This document shows positions 60,303-64,000 of a DNA stretch of 64,000 bases, piece by piece. Below the pieces are notes generated by a model, which was not told where the DNA came from, did not search any database, and worked only from the letters and a program-made list of their open reading frames with translations. Source of the DNA: Candidatus Saccharimonadota bacterium (GTDB lineage: Bacteria > Patescibacteriota > Saccharimonadia > QS-5-54-17); assembly GCA_050486185.1 (NCBI GenBank), contig JBJHCT010000001.1:82216-146215 (forward strand), in the 5' to 3' direction. How positions within the stretch are numbered: position 1 is the stretch's first letter; every line of letters starts with the position of its first letter. Both the position numbers and the translations under genes were made by a program.

Positions 60303-60450
60303 TTTTTGATTAACCTTGCCTCTCCCGAGGTTAATTTATGTTTCGGAACTTAGCTATATAATAAACGCTTAAGCCTTGGCTGGCAATGGATGTTTACAAT
60401 ATTGTAGTTATTCTACCAAAGGCAACCTTCTTTGCTGTATATTATCTACT

Positions 60451-61839
60451 ATGTCAGATGATAAAATCCGCACTCGTTACGCCCCTAGTCCAACTGGACT
60501 GCAACACCCGGGCGGTGTACGCACTGCCCTATTTGCCTGGGCTTTTGCTAGAAGTTCTAGTGGTGATTTCATCTTACGCATTGAAGATACCGATAAAGAA
60601 CGTGAAGTAGAAGAAGCTGAAGAATATATATATGAGTCTTTGAAATGGTTAGGGGCAGATTGGGATGAGGGTCCAGATGTTGGGGGTAGCTATGGTCCAT
60701 ATAGACAGTCTGAGCGCCTGGATATATATCAAAAGTACGCTCAAGAGTTGATCGATAAGGGTCTAGCATACGCTGATCCATACACCAAGGAAGAAGTTGA
60801 TGGTTTCAGAAAAGAGGCTCAAAACTCTAAGCAGGCCTTTTTATTCCGGAATTTTAGACCCGATAATCCACCGAAATGGCAGCCTGGTATGCCCTTGCGG
60901 TTTAAGGTAGGAGAACTTAAAAGCTATACCTGGGAGGATATAACTAGAGGCAAAAGTAGTGCTGGTCCTGAGTCTTTGGATGATTTTGTAATACTCAAGA
61001 GTGATGGCTATCCTACTTATAACTTTGCTAACGTCATAGATGATCATTTGATGGAGATTACTCATGTACTGCGCGGTGAAGAGTACATCTCCTCTATACC
61101 TAAATATCTATCGCTATATGAAGCATTCTCCTGGCAGCCACCTATCAATGTGACTATGCCACTGGTCTTAGGTAAAGATGGTGGTAAAAAGCTGTCCAAA
61201 AGAGATGGATCGCTACCGATGCTTGAATATAAAGATCTAGGTTATCTACCAGCTGCAGTTATCAACTTCCTAGTTACTCTAGGCTGGAATGATGGCACTG
61301 AGCAGGAGATATTTAGTGTCGATGAGCTGTTAGAAAAGTTTGATATTAACAGGCTACAAAAAGCCCCAGCTAGGTTTGATATAGAAAGACTAAATTATCT
61401 CAATGGCGTGCATATTAGGCAGATGAGCATCGAGGAGCTGTATACACTGACTGCTGAGTATTGGCCAGAGCCTGCTAATAAATATGATGATGAGTATAGA
61501 ATCAACGTACTTAAACTGATCCATGAGAGGCTGAAGTATTTAAGTGAAATACCAGAACTAACCAGCTTCTTTTTTGAAACACCAAAAGTAGCTGATCTAA
61601 GTGATGAGGAAAAATCTTGGATTAAACAAGCAGCTGAAAAACTAGAAGGTTGTAGCTTTGAGTTGGATTGCTTGGAGGGTAAATTGCGAGGTTTAGCCGA
61701 TAGTCTAGAAGTAGGTCACGGTAAATTGTTTATGGCTATGCGCCAAGCAGTAACCGGTAGTAAAGTCTCCCCTGGGTTATTTGAAACTATGAATGTTTTG
61801 GGTAAAGAAGAGGTTTTAAAGAGACTAGCTAAGTACTAA
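60451..61839 (+). CDS. gltX: Glutamate--tRNA ligase
   Basis: RTRYAPSPTG, LRIEDTD, YRQSER, DDHLM.ITHVLRGEE, KLSKR. Confidence 0.96.
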   Translation: MSDDKIRTRYAPSPTGLQHPGGVRTALFAWAFARSSSGDFILRIEDTDKEREVEEAEEYIYESLKWLGADWDEGPDVGGSYGPYRQSERLDIYQKYAQELIDKGLAYADPYTKEEVDGFRKEAQNSKQAFLFRNFRPDNPPKWQPGMPLRFKVGELKSYTWEDITRGKSSAGPESLDDFVILKSDGYPTYNFANVIDDHLMEITHVLRGEEYISSIPKYLSLYEAFSWQPPINVTMPLVLGKDGGKKLSKRDGSLPMLEYKDLGYLPAAVINFLVTLGWNDGTEQEIFSVDELLEKFDINRLQKAPARFDIERLNYLNGVHIRQMSIEELYTLTAEYWPEPANKYDDEYRINVLKLIHERLKYLSEIPELTSFFFETPKVADLSDEEKSWIKQAAEKLEGCSFELDCLEGKLRGLADSLEVGHGKLFMAMRQAVTGSKVSPGLFETMNVLGKEEVLKRLAKY

Positions 61840-61882
61840 ACAAAATCTAAATTTAAGTAGATAAATTACTACTTATCACTTA

Positions 61883-62701
61883 TTACTTACTTTTACTACC
61901 CCTATAAATCCTATATATAAACAATGGTATAGCTAACTGCCTACTAATACGAGATGGCTGCAAGAACAATCTCCATAGCCACTCTAAACCGATTCTTTGC
62001 ATCCACTCAGGAGCCTTGCGCATAGCTCCACCGAAAATGTCATAATCAAATGTACCACCCTCACCTATCAATATTCCGTGATCTAACTGCTTTACTAGTC
62101 TCGTGGCTAGTAGCTCTTGTCTGGGAAAGCCGATGCCGATTAATACTATGTCAGGCTTTAGTCTCTTTAGATCATCTAGCAGCTGCCTTTCTAGTTCATT
62201 AGAGAACACTCCACTACTATCTTTACCTGCGCAAGTACCGACTATGTTGATGTTTGCTATACCCTCTTTAATTACTTTAGCTGTGTAGTTAATGTCTTTA
62301 TGTATTGGTGAGCCGACTAGATAAATACTTCTATTTTTTCTAGCGGCCTCTTCTAGTAGTGGCCAGGTGAAGTTGGTACCAGCAAACTTTTCTGGTAATA
62401 CACTACTTATTTTCCTAGGATTAACTACAATCTCAGCTAAAGTCTTAAGCAGTTGATACAAACTACCGCTTGTAGTTTGAAAATATGCTGCCCACTGCAG
62501 AGCTACTCCGTCTGGTAGATTCAGCCAAGCGTTATTTAATACATCTTGAATCTCCTGATCTATCTTGCGGAAAAACTCCACGTAAGGTTTGGCTATATAT
62601 TTAGCTCCTTGCTGGTTAGAATTAGTAACAATCATCTTGATAGCTTCATCTATAGTTAAGCTATCGATATTAATGCCTAAGATATTAACTTTTTGATTCA
62701 T
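61883..62701 (-). CDS. WecB/TagA/CpsF glycosyltransferase
   Basis: PDG, G.GFPRQE, GGTFD, KAP.WMQ..GLEWLWRL..QP.R. Confidence 0.9.
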   Translation of the reverse strand: MNQKVNILGINIDSLTIDEAIKMIVTNSNQQGAKYIAKPYVEFFRKIDQEIQDVLNNAWLNLPDGVALQWAAYFQTTSGSLYQLLKTLAEIVVNPRKISSVLPEKFAGTNFTWPLLEEAARKNRSIYLVGSPIHKDINYTAKVIKEGIANINIVGTCAGKDSSGVFSNELERQLLDDLKRLKPDIVLIGIGFPRQELLATRLVKQLDHGILIGEGGTFDYDIFGGAMRKAPEWMQRIGLEWLWRLFLQPSRISRQLAIPLFIYRIYRGSKSK

Positions 62702-63798
62702 ACTTCCCCGTACTCTTGATTAACCAATTCTTTAATAGCTTGCCTGAAGCTAGTAGTACTAAACTCACCGGCCCTGGTGTGCAATTTATCTATGCTCCAG
62801 TCGATTGCTCCTGCTTCTTCAACAGCCTGGTTAATAGCCTCAGGAGTTTGTTCATTAAAGAATATCCCGGTCTGCTTATCTATCACTGTCTCAGTTGCCC
62901 CACCTTTCTTGTAAGCTATAACAGGCGTGCCGGCTGCCATGGCATCGATTGGGGCGATACCGAAATCTTCTATATTGGGAAATATTAAACCCTTAGCGGA
63001 AGATAATAATCTATCTCTTTCTGCTTCTTCAACAAACCCACAGAACTCTATATTGTCTTTAGCTAAAGCTTCTAATCTAGCTCTATCTGGACCATCACCG
63101 ATAACCTTGAGCTTCCTACCTGAGTGGTTGAAAGCTTCGATAGCTAGATCGATCTTTTTGTATGGGGTCAACATTCCTAAAGTTACGTAATAATCAGCCT
63201 TTTTCGTTGCTTGTATTAGTTTTGATTTAGTTGGCGGATTAATAACTACTGAGTCTCGCTGGTAGTATTTACTTATGCGGCCTCTAACGGTTTCAGAGTT
63301 AGCTATGAACGCATCCACCCTTTTAACTCCTCTAAGATCCCACTTGCGCAAGCACCAGACCATAGCTCTAACTGCAGTTCGTTGCAGCAACCCTATATTC
63401 TGTTCATCTAGATACTGTGGCCAATAGTCCCAGGCAAAACGCATCGGTGAGTGACAGTAACAGATGTGTAAGACGCTTTTAGGCGGATAGATGTTCTTGA
63501 TAAAAGCACACGATGAGGATATAACGATGTCGTACTTTCTAAAGCTCCACAGTCTAATTGCTAGTGGTATTAGTGGTAGTAGGTAACGACTACGCTCTTT
63601 CAAGAATCTAGGAGCGTATTGTAAGAACGAAGTGTGTATGCGTTGCCTGGGATAGTTAAAGTTATCTGCGTTATAGATCATGGTGTAGATTGGAGCACTT
63701 GGATAGATTTGCGCTAATTCATCTAGTACCTGTTCTGCTCCACCAGCTTTTTGGTTGAGCCAATCATGCACAATAGCTATTTTGATACCTTCATTCAT
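62698..63798 (-). CDS. Glycosyltransferase family 4
   Basis: HDWL...GGAE, YCHSPMR, EDFGIAPIDAMAAG. Confidence 0.9.
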   Translation of the reverse strand: MNEGIKIAIVHDWLNQKAGGAEQVLDELAQIYPSAPIYTMIYNADNFNYPRQRIHTSFLQYAPRFLKERSRYLLPLIPLAIRLWSFRKYDIVISSSCAFIKNIYPPKSVLHICYCHSPMRFAWDYWPQYLDEQNIGLLQRTAVRAMVWCLRKWDLRGVKRVDAFIANSETVRGRISKYYQRDSVVINPPTKSKLIQATKKADYYVTLGMLTPYKKIDLAIEAFNHSGRKLKVIGDGPDRARLEALAKDNIEFCGFVEEAERDRLLSSAKGLIFPNIEDFGIAPIDAMAAGTPVIAYKKGGATETVIDKQTGIFFNEQTPEAINQAVEEAGAIDWSIDKLHTRAGEFSTTSFRQAIKELVNQEYGEV

Positions 63799-63861
63799 AT
63801 TAGTTATTAGGATACAGGATTATCAATCTTTAGTCTTGTTGAGTACTACTTTCTAGCTATC

Positions 63862-64000
63862 TTAAGAAGAGCTATTCAACAAGCTCTTTTGGTACTCTCT
63901 GAGACTACTTAAAGCTACAGCTGCACCTCTAGCCACACACAGCTCCGGCTCTTTAGCGATAGTGACAGGCACACCGATAACTTTGCTAAACAACCTATCG
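63862..64000 (-). CDS. mreB: MreB-family actin-like protein, C-terminal end (truncated by window)
   Basis: DRLFSKVIGVPVTIAKEPELCVARGA... Confidence 0.7.
   Translation of the reverse strand, partial: DRLFSKVIGVPVTIAKEPELCVARGAAVALSSLREYQKSLLNSSS

Noticed and set aside
851-63190. Numerous short antisense ORFs in the ORF track
   Set aside because: They overlap well-supported genes on the opposite strand and show no motifs.
1-64000. DGR reverse transcriptase, Avd and template repeat
   Set aside because: No ORF with RT motifs (YxDD, QG) and no second copy of the VR sequence seen by eye; a complete DGR cannot be claimed from this window.

Overview
Chromosomal segment of a small-genome bacterium, most likely Patescibacteria/CPR (Saccharimonadia-like). 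This is inferred from the reduced dcw cluster, the VirB4/TraC-like ATPase, the sigma70-r4+HARE-HTH protein, the stand-alone receivers and the many genes lacking a Shine-Dalgarno (SD) site. Core genes include ftsX, a CHAP hydrolase, an S41 protease, pyrG, rpmA, xseAB, recO, glyQS, mraZ-rsmH-ftsL-ftsI-mraY-ftsW-murG-ftsQ, topA, dprA, pth, der, gltX, mreB and tRNA-Glu. Gene orientation converges at about 29 kb, where an 11-6-11 dif-like palindrome suggests the replication terminus. Four observations stand out. (1) An Mtd-like C-type-lectin gene inside the dcw cluster has a 3' end with the codon signature of a diversity-generating retroelement (DGR) variable repeat plus downstream hairpins, but no RT or template repeat was seen in the window. 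(2) Two more phage-tail-fibre-like genes flank the dcw cluster, sharing an HP motif with each other, and one shares a promoter motif with the Mtd-like gene. (3) Three GC-rich, CTAG-free orphan ORFs are each followed by a roughly 70-nt hairpin, in an otherwise CTAG-enriched genome. (4) GTTC-N7-GTTC boxes recur in intergenic DNA. All calls are by eye; no database searches were run.
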